DNA from: Bacteroidales bacterium UBA1410
GTDB lineage: Bacteria > Bacteroidota > Bacteroidia > Bacteroidales > Dysgonomonadaceae
Direction: 5' to 3'
Assembly (NCBI GenBank): GCA_002305015.1
Contig: DBPW01000014.1
Coordinates: 6,633 to 70,632 of the forward strand
Length of the DNA: 64,000 bases
This document shows, one piece after another, positions 12,001 to 21,402 of this stretch. The position numbers and the translations under genes are program-made. Every line of letters begins with the position of its first letter. Position 1 is the stretch's first letter. The notes under the pieces are model-generated. The model saw nothing but the letters and a program-made list of their open reading frames with translations. It did no database searches and had not been told where the DNA came from.

Positions 12001-12306
12001 CCGTTCGCGAGCTATCACCTTTTCGACAAAATAAGGTATAATGGGTAAGAAATAGATTTTATCTGCAGAACCTTCCGATGTTTGCACTGTGGCTATATTG
12101 GGATTGATCAATATGGTTTCTATTCCTTCTTCGCGCAATGCTTTTAAGGCTTGAGAACCCGAATAATCAAATTCTCCTGCTTCACCGATCTTCAACGCAC
12201 CGGAACCTAAAATAAGAACGCTTTGAATACTTAAATCCCTTTTGGGAGGATTTGCAGACTCTAAAGGAGAAGCCTCATTAATCGAGGATTTGGTTATATC
12301 TGTCAT
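9001..12306 (-). CDS. carB: Carbamoyl-phosphate synthase large subunit
   Basis: GSGALKIGEAGEFDYSG, two ATP-grasp halves, C-terminal MGS domain. Confidence 0.97.
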   Translation of the reverse strand: MTDITKSSINEASPLESANPPKRDLSIQSVLILGSGALKIGEAGEFDYSGSQALKALREEGIETILINPNIATVQTSEGSADKIYFLPIIPYFVEKVIARERPDGILLSFGGQTALNCGVALYEKGILDKYNVKVLGTPVQAIMETEDRDLFVKKLDQIGVKTIKSMAVNTVDDALKAAHSLGYPIIVRAAYALGGLGSGFCNNDDELKALAEKTFAYSNQLLIEKSLKGWKEIEYEVVRDKYDNCITVCNMENFDPLGIHTGESIVVAPSQTLTNSEFQKLRELSIRIIRHIGIIGECNVQFALDPESEDYRVIEVNARLSRSSALASKATGYPLAFVAAKLGLGYGLFDLKNSVTKSTSAFFEPALDYIVVKIPRWDLGKFNGVSKEIGSSMKSVGEIMAIGRTFEEAIQKGLRMIGLGMHGFVENKELKIDDIDKALREPTDQRIFVISKAFRKGYTIDQIHDLTKIDKWFLYKLYHIIEIAEALEKLSPDTIDFQKDSNPSFDELLKLAKQRGFSDFQVARAIWKEKMDEESQEIIRWYRKKRGIVPVVKQIDTLAAEYPAQTNYLYLTYNGMENDIQYSGDRRSVIVLGSGAYRIGSSVEFDWCSVNALNTVRKEGYRSVMINYNPETVSTDYDMCDRLYFDELTFERVMDIVELENPYGVIISVGGQIPNNLAVRLDKAGVNILGTPAKSIDNAEDRHKFSSMLDELKIDQPRWRELTSLEDIHQFVKEVGYPVLVRPSYVLSGAAMNVCSNDEELENFLQLAADVSKQYPVVVSSFIQNAKEIEFDAVADKGEIITYAISEHVEYAGVHSGDATIQFPPQRLYVETARRIKKISRQIAKALNISGPFNIQYLAKDNHIMVIECNLRASRSFPFVSKVLKINFIELATRIMLGLNVEKPNKSAFDLDYVGIKASQFSFSRLQKADPVLGVDMASTGEVGCLGDDFYSALLTAMLSVGYTIPKKNVLFSTGPAKSKADLLESARLLYEKGYNLYATAGSQKFLEENGIPATLVYWPSDNKSPSAVELIQNRQIDLIVNIPKNLTPGELRNGYYIRRAAIDFNVPLITNTRLASAFIHAFCKLDLDDIEIKRWDEYM

Positions 12307-12369
12307 AGTATATATTGTTTCTTTTCTTTGAATACGTTTATTTAAAATCTTTCTTTTTACCTTGTATAA

Positions 12370-13440
12370 TTACAGCATTTTTACAAAATCATGAAAAAAG
12401 AATTTTGTATCCGTTGGTCCTGCCGCTGCCTCAGGGTGGAACTGTACAGAACTAAACGGTTTTGTTTTATGCCGAATCCCCTCATTCGTACCATCGTTCA
12501 TGTTAATAAAGTAGGGTTCCCAGTCCTCACCCAAAAAATCCTGATCAACCACATAACCATGATTTTGAGAAGTTATATAACAAATGTTCGTACCTACTTT
12601 ACGCACAGGCTGATTAAGGCTTCGATGTCCATATTTCATTTTGTATATTTTGGCTCCTGCTGCTTTCGAGAGAAGATGATTTCCTAAACAAATGCCAAAA
12701 ATCGGTTTATCCAGTTTCATTGCTTCACGAATACGGTCGACGGTAATTTCGCAATAATCGGGATTCCCCGGACCATTGGAAATAAGCAAGCCATCGTATT
12801 GTATTTGATTAAAATCATAATCCCATGGCACACGAATAAGGTCGACTTTCAGTTTAATAAGCTCTCTTATGATGCTTAATTTGACTCCACAATCAACCAA
12901 TACCACTTTCTTCGCTCCATGGTTATATTCGATAACTTCTTTACAGCTTACCTTCGCTACGAGGTTTTCTCCGGCCGGGTCATAATATTCTACCTCCTCC
13001 TCATCATCATAAACAATTTTCCCTAACATCGATCCTTTTTCGCGAAGTATTTTCGTCAACATGCGCGTGTCAATACCATAAATTCCGGGAATGTTTTCTT
13101 CTTTCATCCAATCTCCCAAACTTTTTACCGCATTCCAATGAGAATATTCGTAGGAATAATCCTGTACAATAAGTCCCCTGACATAAATACGGTCAGATTC
13201 AAAAAAATCGGAAATTCCGTTGGTCTTACTGTTTGCAGGGACGCCGTAATTTCCGATTATTGGATAGGTGAGGGTAAGAATTTGTCCTTCGTATGATGGG
13301 TCTGTTAGACTTTCGGGATAACCGACCATCGCGGTATTAAAAACTACTTCTCCCGATGTTGCTTTTTCTGCACCAAAAGATTTTCCCTGAAAGACCATTC
13401 CGTTTTCAAGGATCAATCGCACAGGTTTTCCTCGATACAT
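12370..13440 (-). CDS. carA: Carbamoyl-phosphate synthase small subunit
   Basis: GEVVFNTAMVGYPESLTDPSY, GICLG, QFHPE; start moved to the ATG at 13440 because the promoter lies inside the longer ORF. Confidence 0.96.
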   Translation of the reverse strand: MYRGKPVRLILENGMVFQGKSFGAEKATSGEVVFNTAMVGYPESLTDPSYEGQILTLTYPIIGNYGVPANSKTNGISDFFESDRIYVRGLIVQDYSYEYSHWNAVKSLGDWMKEENIPGIYGIDTRMLTKILREKGSMLGKIVYDDEEEVEYYDPAGENLVAKVSCKEVIEYNHGAKKVVLVDCGVKLSIIRELIKLKVDLIRVPWDYDFNQIQYDGLLISNGPGNPDYCEITVDRIREAMKLDKPIFGICLGNHLLSKAAGAKIYKMKYGHRSLNQPVRKVGTNICYITSQNHGYVVDQDFLGEDWEPYFINMNDGTNEGIRHKTKPFSSVQFHPEAAAGPTDTKFFFHDFVKML

Positions 13441-13486
13441 AGTGCGTATTTTATTTTTAAATTGATTATTGTCTGATATTAGGATG

Positions 13487-13494
13487 CAAAGGTA
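13487..13494 (-). promoter_or_regulatory. -7 promoter element (TACCTTTG) for carAB
   Basis: TAnnTTTG 47 nt upstream of the carA ATG. Confidence 0.6.
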
Positions 13495-13526
13495 GAAAAA
13501 AATTTTCAAAAAAAGCAATTTCGCAA

Positions 13527-14222
13527 TTATAAAGAAAATCGCTTGCCTTCTCTTAAAAAAGCCTCATATTTTTTTTTGTTGAAGACATAATAATACGCTC
13601 CCCGTTTGGAAGAAGACTTGTCTTTTTCTTCTTGCTTATCGAGGATATTCATAGAAACAATTTTTTTACGAAAATTCCGTTTATCTATAGGCATCTGATA
13701 AATAGCTTCATAAAGATCTTGTAAAGCAGGTAATGTAAATTTTTTATCAAAAAAATGGAAAATAATCGGCTGCATGGAAACTTTGTATCGAAGCAGTGTC
13801 AATGCATCATTTACCATTTGATTATGATCAAAAACAAGGCGTGGAAGTTCACGAATATTTACCCACCGCGCATCATATTTTGCAGCCAAGCTTGTATCGA
13901 ACTCTTCTAATCGAACCAATGCATAGAAAGCCACCGAAATCACGCGACCACCGATATCGCGATTTATTTCCCCATACGCTTTCACCTGTTCCATATAAAT
14001 CCCTTTTTGCTGAGTATACCGAAAAAGAACTTTTTCCGCTGCTTGATTCAGACTTTCATTATCTTCCAGAAATCCCCCCATCAAAGACCATTCTCCTTTA
14101 AGAGGTTCCAGCGGCCGTCGGGTGAGTAAAATATGGAGCTCTTTATCTTTAAATCCAAAAATAATGCAGTCTACTGCAACCAAAAAAGTTGGATTTTCCA
14201 AATAATAATCTGCATTCATCAT
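13527..14222 (-). CDS. NrtR-family (Nudix + wHTH) transcriptional regulator, probable galactose repressor
   Basis: AVDCIIFGF, WSLMGGF, degenerate Nudix box, LVFDH, FTLPALQDLYE, DKRNFRKK; adjacent to the gal genes. Confidence 0.88.
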   Translation of the reverse strand: MMNADYYLENPTFLVAVDCIIFGFKDKELHILLTRRPLEPLKGEWSLMGGFLEDNESLNQAAEKVLFRYTQQKGIYMEQVKAYGEINRDIGGRVISVAFYALVRLEEFDTSLAAKYDARWVNIRELPRLVFDHNQMVNDALTLLRYKVSMQPIIFHFFDKKFTLPALQDLYEAIYQMPIDKRNFRKKIVSMNILDKQEEKDKSSSKRGAYYYVFNKKKYEAFLREGKRFSL

Positions 14223-14242
14223 AGGTATAGGTATCAGAATTG

Positions 14243-14288
14243 AAAAAAGGAGGAGTCAAAAAATACTTCCCAAACTTTCAACTCCTCC
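14243..14288 (-). terminator. Intrinsic terminator after galK
   Basis: GGAGGAGT...ACTCCTCC stem followed by T6 on the minus strand. Confidence 0.65.
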
Positions 14289-14305
14289 GGTAAGTTGTTT
14301 ACTAA

Positions 14306-15454
14306 TTATAATTTTCGTGCTCCATCGCTAATAACAACATCATACACTTTCGGCTCATAACCAAATTTATTTTTGAATTGAGCGAGGGCCTCTTCAATAA
14401 ATTGATCATGCAATTCATCTTTTACCAAATTAAGGGTACATCCCCCAAAACCACCTCCCATTACACGTGAACCTGTTACTCCGCTTTTTTTGGCAATATC
14501 GTTAAGAAAATCGAGCTCTTCACAACTAACTTCATATAATTTACTCATTCCTTCGTGAGTTTCATACATCTTTTTGCCAACAGTTTCATAATCGCCTTTT
14601 TTCAAGGCATCCGATACCTCCAGCACACGTTGTGTTTCTTCGATGACATATTTTGCTCGCTTATAATCTTCCTCTGAGATCACATCTTTGACTTCATTGA
14701 GCATATTCATATCGGCATCACGAAGAAATTGCACTTCAGGATGATTCTTACGAATAGCCGCAGCAGCACGTTCGCACGATTCACGGCGTTTATTGTATGC
14801 CGACGAAGCCAATTCATGTTTCACTTGCGTATCCAACAATACCAACTTATATCCTTGTGGATCAAACGGGAAATACTCATATTCCATGGTTTTGCAATCC
14901 AGCCGTACCAAATGGCCCTTTTTCCCAAAAAGCGAAATGAATTGATCCATGATGCCACATTTCACTCCTACATAATGATGTTCGGTAGCCTGTCCAATTT
15001 TAGCCAATTCAAATTTATCGATACCCAGATTCAACATGTCGTTCAACGCATAAGCATAGGTGCTTTCCAAAGCAGCCGATGAAGACATTCCGGCCCCAAG
15101 GGGAACATTACCCGAAAAAACGGTATCAAATCCTTGCACTTTCCCGCCTCGTTTAATAATTTCCCGGCAAATACCAAAAATATATTTTGCCCACCCTTCA
15201 GTTGGTATATCCTCCTCATTCAACCCAAATTCCGAATATTCGGAAAGATCGAGCGCATAAGCTCTAACTTTGTCTGTTCCGTTTAAACGGATGGCTGCTG
15301 TAATTCCTTTATCCACCGCACCCGGAAAAACAAAACTGCCGTTATAATCGGTATGTTCTCCGATAAGGTTTATACGGCCGGGGGCCGTATAAACCTCGGG
15401 GGTTTCTTTCCCGAATTTATTCTGAAATAAAATAACGATCTCTTCTTTTGTCAT
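14306..15454 (-). CDS. galK: Galactokinase
   Basis: APGRINLIGEHTDYN, GAGMSSSAA, CGIMDQ and GSRVMGGGFGGC GHMP motifs. Confidence 0.97.
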   Translation of the reverse strand: MTKEEIVILFQNKFGKETPEVYTAPGRINLIGEHTDYNGSFVFPGAVDKGITAAIRLNGTDKVRAYALDLSEYSEFGLNEEDIPTEGWAKYIFGICREIIKRGGKVQGFDTVFSGNVPLGAGMSSSAALESTYAYALNDMLNLGIDKFELAKIGQATEHHYVGVKCGIMDQFISLFGKKGHLVRLDCKTMEYEYFPFDPQGYKLVLLDTQVKHELASSAYNKRRESCERAAAAIRKNHPEVQFLRDADMNMLNEVKDVISEEDYKRAKYVIEETQRVLEVSDALKKGDYETVGKKMYETHEGMSKLYEVSCEELDFLNDIAKKSGVTGSRVMGGGFGGCTLNLVKDELHDQFIEEALAQFKNKFGYEPKVYDVVISDGARKL

Positions 15455-15540
15455 TTTTCAACTTTCGTATTTATTGTTCGTATTTATTTTACGTATTCAT
15501 CAGCGGCCATATTACCTGATGTTAATCGAGCAGAGAGCTT

Positions 15541-16839
15541 TTAGTCTTCTGTTTGAATAGCCGTATTTACATTTTTCGATCCGATTAATGCATAATATAA
15601 TAAATAAGCCAAGCCGATAAAAATTACCCAATAACTCGGAATATAACCAGCTATATCGGCTACTCTTCCCTGAAGAACAGGCAGGATACCTCCACCGCAT
15701 ACTAACGCCATAAAAATACCCGAGGCAGCAGCAGTATATTTACCCAATCCCTCAACGGCAAGATTAAAAATGCTTCCCCACATAATAGAAGTGCAAAGGC
15801 CGACCAATACAATAAACATAGCATTAATAGGCACTTCAGCTAACCCGAAAGAGAGAGCTCCTGTACTCGATCGCAAAAGAACCGGCAATGAAACCACTGA
15901 AGTTTGCGGAGAAAAAATAGCTAAAGCGATCAAAATCAATCCAACAAAGGAAGCAAAGCCCAGCATTTTCCTACTGGATATTTTACTCCCAAAGGAAGCA
16001 CCCAATAACCGGCCGATCAACATAAGAAACCAATAGGTACCTGCAACAAAACCGGCAGTTGTCTTCCCAACAGGAGTATCAGACAACCAAAGTATCAAAA
16101 GTCCGGGAGTACCCACTTCAACTCCGACATAAATAAAAATAGCTACAGCTCCCAATATAAAATGCCGAAATTGTAAGGCACCGGCCATCAATTGCTTGAG
16201 AGATTCAGATGATTTTTGTGCATGCGGCTCAGGAATATCTACAAACAGAAGAACAAAAAATATAACGGCAAAAACGCCCATTGCAATATACATAACCGGG
16301 AAAACATCGGAGATGCTTGCTTTTGCTGCATCACCAATTAAGACGCCCACAAATGCCGGAGTAAAGGTAGCCATAACCGAGTTAAATGAACCTCCGATTT
16401 GGATCAGCTGATTCCCTTTATTTCCACCACCACCAAGCGTATTCAACATGGGGTTCACCACAATATTCAATAAACACATTGAAAAACCGGCAACAAAAGC
16501 GCCAAGAAGATAAACACCAAAAGCCGATGTTTGAGGAGCATGACCAGAAAGAAATTGAATAAATACACCTACAAAACCAACAGCGATAGCTATTAAAGCT
16601 GTCTTTTTGTATCCTAATTTCTGCAAAAGAATTCCTCCGGGTATCCCCATAACAGCATAAGCAATAAAGTTAGCTGCATTTCCCAACAATCCCTGGAAAT
16701 TGGAAGCGCCAAATTGTTCTTTGAGTACCTGCCCCATCGGTGCCGCTAAATTGGTGACAAACGATATCATTCCAAACAGAATGATCATCATGATTATCGG
16801 CACAAGATTACTTTTTCTCTCATTAGTTGTAGTATTCAT
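15541..16839 (-). CDS. MFS sugar transporter (FucP/GluP-like), probable galactose permease
   Basis: About 12 TMs, IFIYVGVEVG, SIMWGSIFNLA, GGGILP; lies between galM and galK. Confidence 0.88.
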   Translation of the reverse strand: MNTTTNERKSNLVPIIMMIILFGMISFVTNLAAPMGQVLKEQFGASNFQGLLGNAANFIAYAVMGIPGGILLQKLGYKKTALIAIAVGFVGVFIQFLSGHAPQTSAFGVYLLGAFVAGFSMCLLNIVVNPMLNTLGGGGNKGNQLIQIGGSFNSVMATFTPAFVGVLIGDAAKASISDVFPVMYIAMGVFAVIFFVLLFVDIPEPHAQKSSESLKQLMAGALQFRHFILGAVAIFIYVGVEVGTPGLLILWLSDTPVGKTTAGFVAGTYWFLMLIGRLLGASFGSKISSRKMLGFASFVGLILIALAIFSPQTSVVSLPVLLRSSTGALSFGLAEVPINAMFIVLVGLCTSIMWGSIFNLAVEGLGKYTAAASGIFMALVCGGGILPVLQGRVADIAGYIPSYWVIFIGLAYLLYYALIGSKNVNTAIQTED

Positions 16840-16896
16840 ACTTTTTACTTATTATTTAAATTGTTTACTATAAAAAATAAATTCATTTTGCGAGTT

Positions 16897-17976
16897 TTAT
16901 ACTACGAATTTGTATGTCGTTCTCGATCTGAAAATTTCCCCGGGACGCAAGACAACAGAGGGGTATTCCGGATGATGAATGCTGTCGGGGTAATGTTGCG
17001 TTTCAAAACAAACCGCTGAACGTTTGGGATAACGTTGACCGTTTTTCCCTACGAAATTTCCCGTCATCCAATTTCCGGTATATAACTGAATTCCCGGCTG
17101 AGAAGTGAAGATTTCCATTTTTATACCGGTTTTTGGCGATTCGCATACACCGGCAAAAACGTACTCATCTTCATTCTCTTTATTAATTATATAATTATGA
17201 TCATACCCATTTCCGAAAATCAATTGCTGAAAATCATCATCAATTCTCTCACCTATGGCATGAGGCACCGTAAAATCCATAGGCGTTCCAAAAACCGGTT
17301 CGGGCTTTCCGTATGGAATAGCTGTTTCGTCTGTGGGAAGATACTCATCGGCAATTAATTTTAGAATATGATCCCCGATATAGGGATCTCCTGCTCCCGA
17401 AAGATTAAAGTATGAATGATTGGTAAGATTTAAAATCGTCGGTTTATCCGTTTCCGCTTCATAATAAATATCCAATGCATTATCATCCGTTAAAACATAC
17501 GTTACGGTCACACTTAAATTTCCCGGATATCCTTCTTCACCATCTATTGACAAATAAAAAAGTTCGATCGCGTTATCGGTAATCTCTTTGACGTCCCACA
17601 CAACCGCATTGAAACCTTTTATACCTCCATGCAAGTGATTGGGACCGTTGTTAATGGCTAACGTATATTCTTTCCCATCGAGTGTAAATTTACCTTTGGC
17701 AATCCGATTAGCCACTCTACCACAAACCGCTCCAAAATAAGGCTCTTCCGAAGTCAAATAATCATCAATGGTTTGATGACCGGTTACCACATCGGTTAAT
17801 GTACCGTTTTTATCGGGTACCATCAACGAAACAATCTTTGCGCCGTAATTTGTTACGGCTACTTCGCATCCATTCTTGTTGGTAAGAATGTATAATCCGG
17901 TTTGCTTTCCGTCTACCTTTTTTTCAAAAGCATCCAAAAGCAAACCGGATTTACTCCTTGTTTTCTCTACATTCAT
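16897..17976 (-). CDS. galM: Aldose 1-epimerase (galactose mutarotase)
   Basis: GRVANRI, NHLHGG, EEGYPG, NLTNHSYFNL, CFETQH; probable ATG at 17976. Confidence 0.95.
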   Translation of the reverse strand: MNVEKTRSKSGLLLDAFEKKVDGKQTGLYILTNKNGCEVAVTNYGAKIVSLMVPDKNGTLTDVVTGHQTIDDYLTSEEPYFGAVCGRVANRIAKGKFTLDGKEYTLAINNGPNHLHGGIKGFNAVVWDVKEITDNAIELFYLSIDGEEGYPGNLSVTVTYVLTDDNALDIYYEAETDKPTILNLTNHSYFNLSGAGDPYIGDHILKLIADEYLPTDETAIPYGKPEPVFGTPMDFTVPHAIGERIDDDFQQLIFGNGYDHNYIINKENEDEYVFAGVCESPKTGIKMEIFTSQPGIQLYTGNWMTGNFVGKNGQRYPKRSAVCFETQHYPDSIHHPEYPSVVLRPGEIFRSRTTYKFVV

Positions 17977-18031
17977 ATTTTTCCGGTGTATAAATAAAAG
18001 ATGATGAAGATTGGATTTTTTTATAAAATTC

Positions 18032-18046
18032 GTGTAAAAATAACAC
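18032..18046. promoter_or_regulatory. Putative NrtR-family operator GTGT-N7-ACAC
   Basis: GTGTAAAAATAACAC palindrome 56 nt upstream of galM; GT-N7-AC is the NrtR-family core. Confidence 0.65.
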
Positions 18047-18306
18047 ATACTTTTCTCCCCGCCTAATAAAAAGATGTGTTATAAAACATATTTTCATAAA
18101 TACGTAAAAATATCTTTCACACAGTCCCATTCCTCTTTCATTCATCCTTTACATGTTTTGTTTAATTAATTGATAGTTCATTTATTAAAAGTTTTCGCTT
18201 AGTGGCCACGCCATCCCATATACCCAACCCGTGCGCTTCTTTAATTTGCCCTGAATTGTCAGTCTCTACAAAAAAAATTCATAGTGGGTAAATATTAAAA
18301 AACTCG

Positions 18307-19599
18307 TCATCCCTTATCTTTTATTTTTTTGGTTATCAGCACTTTATTTATTTTATTACCATCCACTTCCGTAATTTCGAACTCCGTATCGTTATAGACA
18401 AATTTATCGCCCACTTGAGGTATCTTGTTTATATTGGCCAAAACAAAACCCGCAACGGTTGAATAATCGATCGATTCGAAATCGATAACAAAATCATCAA
18501 TAAATAAGGTAAGCAATTCAAGGGGCGCCTCACCATTGACTAAAGCAGAATTTTCGCTTTGCATATAGATGTCGGGTTCTTCGTTTTCATCCTCGTCGGC
18601 AATAGGTCCTACCAACGTTTCCATTATGTCGTGTAAGGTGATAATGCCATCTACACTTCCATATTCATCGACAACAACACCGATAGACTTATGACTACTC
18701 CTAAACATTTCGAGTACTTTTTGAGCACGCAAGGTTGACGGAAAAATTAAAGGCTCTTGAATCAACTCATGAATGGAAAAATCGATATTCTTGTGCAATG
18801 CGTATAAGAACTCCTTAATGGAAATAATGCCGACAAAATCGTCCAATTTTTTGTTACAAGCCAATACCCGACTATGTTTACAATTTAAAAGATCCTGAAC
18901 AACTTCATCTTTGGATTTTGATATATCTACCCATTCGATATCGGTACGATGGGTCATTAAGTGTTTGGCTCGTTTATCGGAAAAATAAAAAACCTGTTCG
19001 TGAATAATATTTTCTTCTTTTTCGATAACCCCTTCTTTTGATGCTGTTTTTAACATAGCCCTGAGTTCCATTTCCGACACAGTATCTTTTTTGGGTTTCA
19101 AACCGATAACTTTATTAAAAAATCCGGTCGAAGCAGCCAAAAATTCCACAAAAGGATAAAAAATAATGCTTATGACGTAAATGGGTCTCGAAACCATGAT
19201 GGACACCTTTTCAGGATTATTCAGAGCGATGGTTTTCGGCACTAATTCCCCAATAACAATAGACACATACGTAATCAAAAACACGACAACTCCAACAGAT
19301 ATGGTTTCGGCGTAGGGAGCACTCCATGCAAATTTTTGAAAAAAAGGCACAACATCGGCCGCCAGTGTGGTTCCACCATATGCTCCGTTCACAATACCGA
19401 TAAGCGTGATCCCCACTTGTACAGCCGAAAGAAAATTGTCGGGATTTGCTCGGAGTTTGAGCGCCATTTCAGCACCTTTGCTCCCTTTTTTTCTTTCTGC
19501 TTCGAGTTTTGTTTTTTTGCTTGATACTACCGCTATCTCCGACAAAGCAAAAAAACCATTTAAAAAAATGAGAAGCAGAATAATAAATACCTCAACCAT
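18307..19599 (-). CDS. HlyC/CorC family transporter (CNNM-CBS-CorC)
   Basis: NGFFALSEIA, GELVPK, CBS pair, VVDEYG, C-terminal CorC domain. Confidence 0.93.
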   Translation of the reverse strand: MVEVFIILLLIFLNGFFALSEIAVVSSKKTKLEAERKKGSKGAEMALKLRANPDNFLSAVQVGITLIGIVNGAYGGTTLAADVVPFFQKFAWSAPYAETISVGVVVFLITYVSIVIGELVPKTIALNNPEKVSIMVSRPIYVISIIFYPFVEFLAASTGFFNKVIGLKPKKDTVSEMELRAMLKTASKEGVIEKEENIIHEQVFYFSDKRAKHLMTHRTDIEWVDISKSKDEVVQDLLNCKHSRVLACNKKLDDFVGIISIKEFLYALHKNIDFSIHELIQEPLIFPSTLRAQKVLEMFRSSHKSIGVVVDEYGSVDGIITLHDIMETLVGPIADEDENEEPDIYMQSENSALVNGEAPLELLTLFIDDFVIDFESIDYSTVAGFVLANINKIPQVGDKFVYNDTEFEITEVDGNKINKVLITKKIKDKG

Positions 19600-19651
19600 T
19601 ACCTTTTCAGTTGAATTGGATTATATTTGCGCTCTACACCCTACCTATACT

Positions 19652-20554
19652 CTACCAAAGCGGTGAAGGATAAACTCCTTCATCTACCAGTTTCTGAAGT
19701 TTGGCAACCACGTCGGGGCGATCTTCGGGATACGTTACTCCAAACCATTTTGAAGGAGTATCCAATACTTTTACAGTTGCCATTTTATTAGTAACCAAAT
19801 GATTAATAAGTAAAGGTATAAAGTATTCAGCCGTAATATTTTCGGCATTCTTTTTAAGAAAATCCACAAAATAATCTTCGGAATAAGCAAAATAATCGGG
19901 CGTGAATCCCCACATATTCATAGAAACAGGAGTATTGTCATCAATAGCCACCCAATTATTGTTTTCGTCCTTATATTTAACGACACCGTCGATACGCATC
20001 ACCTGAGTACGTTCTACAATTCCAAGAAGATTATGATTTTCATCCACTTCACAAATGCCGCGGGCTACTGCTCCACTTTCCGAAAGGGTGTTCCCTACTC
20101 TGTATCCTACCATACAGTACAGGTTTTTGCTGTTGGAAAGTTGAGACAAAAAATTCCCCAAAACCCGATAACTTTCCCTTCCATAGAAATCGTCCGCATT
20201 GATAACGGCAAAGGGTTCATTAATCACCTCTTTTCCCATCATTACGGCATGATTGGTTCCCCATGGTTTTACACGATTTGCCGGCACGGTAAAACCTTCG
20301 GGTAATTTATCCAATTCTTGAAAAACCAATTCCACAGGGATTTTTTGTTCATATTTTTTTACGATCTTTTCCCTGAAATCATTTTCAAACGATTTACGAA
20401 TAACAAAAACAAGCTTGCCAAATCCTGCGTTTATAGCATCATAAATGGAATAATCCATAATGGTTTCTCCCGAAGGGCCAACCCCATCCAATTGCTTAAG
20501 ACCTCCGTAACGACTGCCCATCCCTGCAGCTAATACAAACAATGTTGGTTTCAT
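19652..20554 (-). CDS. Sugar-phosphate nucleotidyltransferase family protein
   Basis: LAAGMGSRYGGLKQ, KPWGT, INADDFYG. Confidence 0.85.
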   Translation of the reverse strand: MKPTLFVLAAGMGSRYGGLKQLDGVGPSGETIMDYSIYDAINAGFGKLVFVIRKSFENDFREKIVKKYEQKIPVELVFQELDKLPEGFTVPANRVKPWGTNHAVMMGKEVINEPFAVINADDFYGRESYRVLGNFLSQLSNSKNLYCMVGYRVGNTLSESGAVARGICEVDENHNLLGIVERTQVMRIDGVVKYKDENNNWVAIDDNTPVSMNMWGFTPDYFAYSEDYFVDFLKKNAENITAEYFIPLLINHLVTNKMATVKVLDTPSKWFGVTYPEDRPDVVAKLQKLVDEGVYPSPLW

Positions 20555-20658
20555 ATTTCTTTATTTAGATAAAATTTTTACTATATCCGCAAATTTACTG
20601 ATATACTTTTTATATTGCATGGTTTTGGCGTTATTTCTTTTAACTTTTTGTGAAAAAT

Positions 20659-21327
20659 CTAAATTTCGAATGCTTTCCACAAAGGATCATCGGGCACCGG
20701 AGCCGTTATGTTGATGATCTGTTTAGAAACCGGGTGAACAAAAGATATATTTCTTGCATGCAAAGAAATACTGCCGTCGGGATTAGAACGCTGAGCACCA
20801 TATTTTAAATCGCCTTTGATCGGCAAACCGATTTTTGCCAGCTGACATCGAATCTGATGATGGCGTCCGGTTTCAATTTTTACTTCAAGAAGATAATATT
20901 TTTGGGATCGTCCAATAAGCTTATAGTGAAGTACTGCTTTTTGAGTGTGCGGCTTTTCCGTATCATATGCAGTAGATTTATTATTTTTTTCGTTCTTAAT
21001 CAAATAATGAACTAACACCCCTTCATTCTGAGGTGGAACATCTTTTACAATAGCCCAATAGGTTTTATCGACCTCTCCCTTTTTAAACATTTCGTTCAGT
21101 CGGGTAAGCGCTTTACTTGTTTTAGCAAATACGACTACTCCGCTAGTAGGTCTGTCGAGCCGATGAACAACTCCGCAAAAAACATTCCCCGGCTTATTAT
21201 ATTTTTCCTTTAAATAATCTTTTACCATATCCGACAATGGCTTATCGCCTGTCTTATCACCTTGTACAATCTCTTTCGGAGATTTATTTACAATGATGAT
21301 ATGGTTGTCTTCGTATAATACTTCCAT
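20659..21327 (-). CDS. RluA-family RNA pseudouridine synthase
   Basis: VHRLDRPTSG, TGRHHQIR, PIKGDLKYG, LHA; ATG at 21327. Confidence 0.95.
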   Translation of the reverse strand: MEVLYEDNHIIIVNKSPKEIVQGDKTGDKPLSDMVKDYLKEKYNKPGNVFCGVVHRLDRPTSGVVVFAKTSKALTRLNEMFKKGEVDKTYWAIVKDVPPQNEGVLVHYLIKNEKNNKSTAYDTEKPHTQKAVLHYKLIGRSQKYYLLEVKIETGRHHQIRCQLAKIGLPIKGDLKYGAQRSNPDGSISLHARNISFVHPVSKQIINITAPVPDDPLWKAFEI

Positions 21328-21402
21328 CTTAAAAAACAATAAATGAAGAGACACAAAAAATCGTGCCTCTTATGAAAAATCGAAATAGGAAATAATTGCA
21401 AA

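Noticed and set aside
13441-13518. N-terminal extensions in the ORF track (carA, galM, tetR, trpB2, yigZ, GSCFA, DUF5063, alr)
   Set aside because: They run through TAnnTTTG promoter boxes, operators or upstream genes; downstream ATGs match family starts
18100-18306. Intergenic segment upstream of galM as a possible ncRNA
   Set aside because: No convincing stems, promoter-terminator pair or known motif
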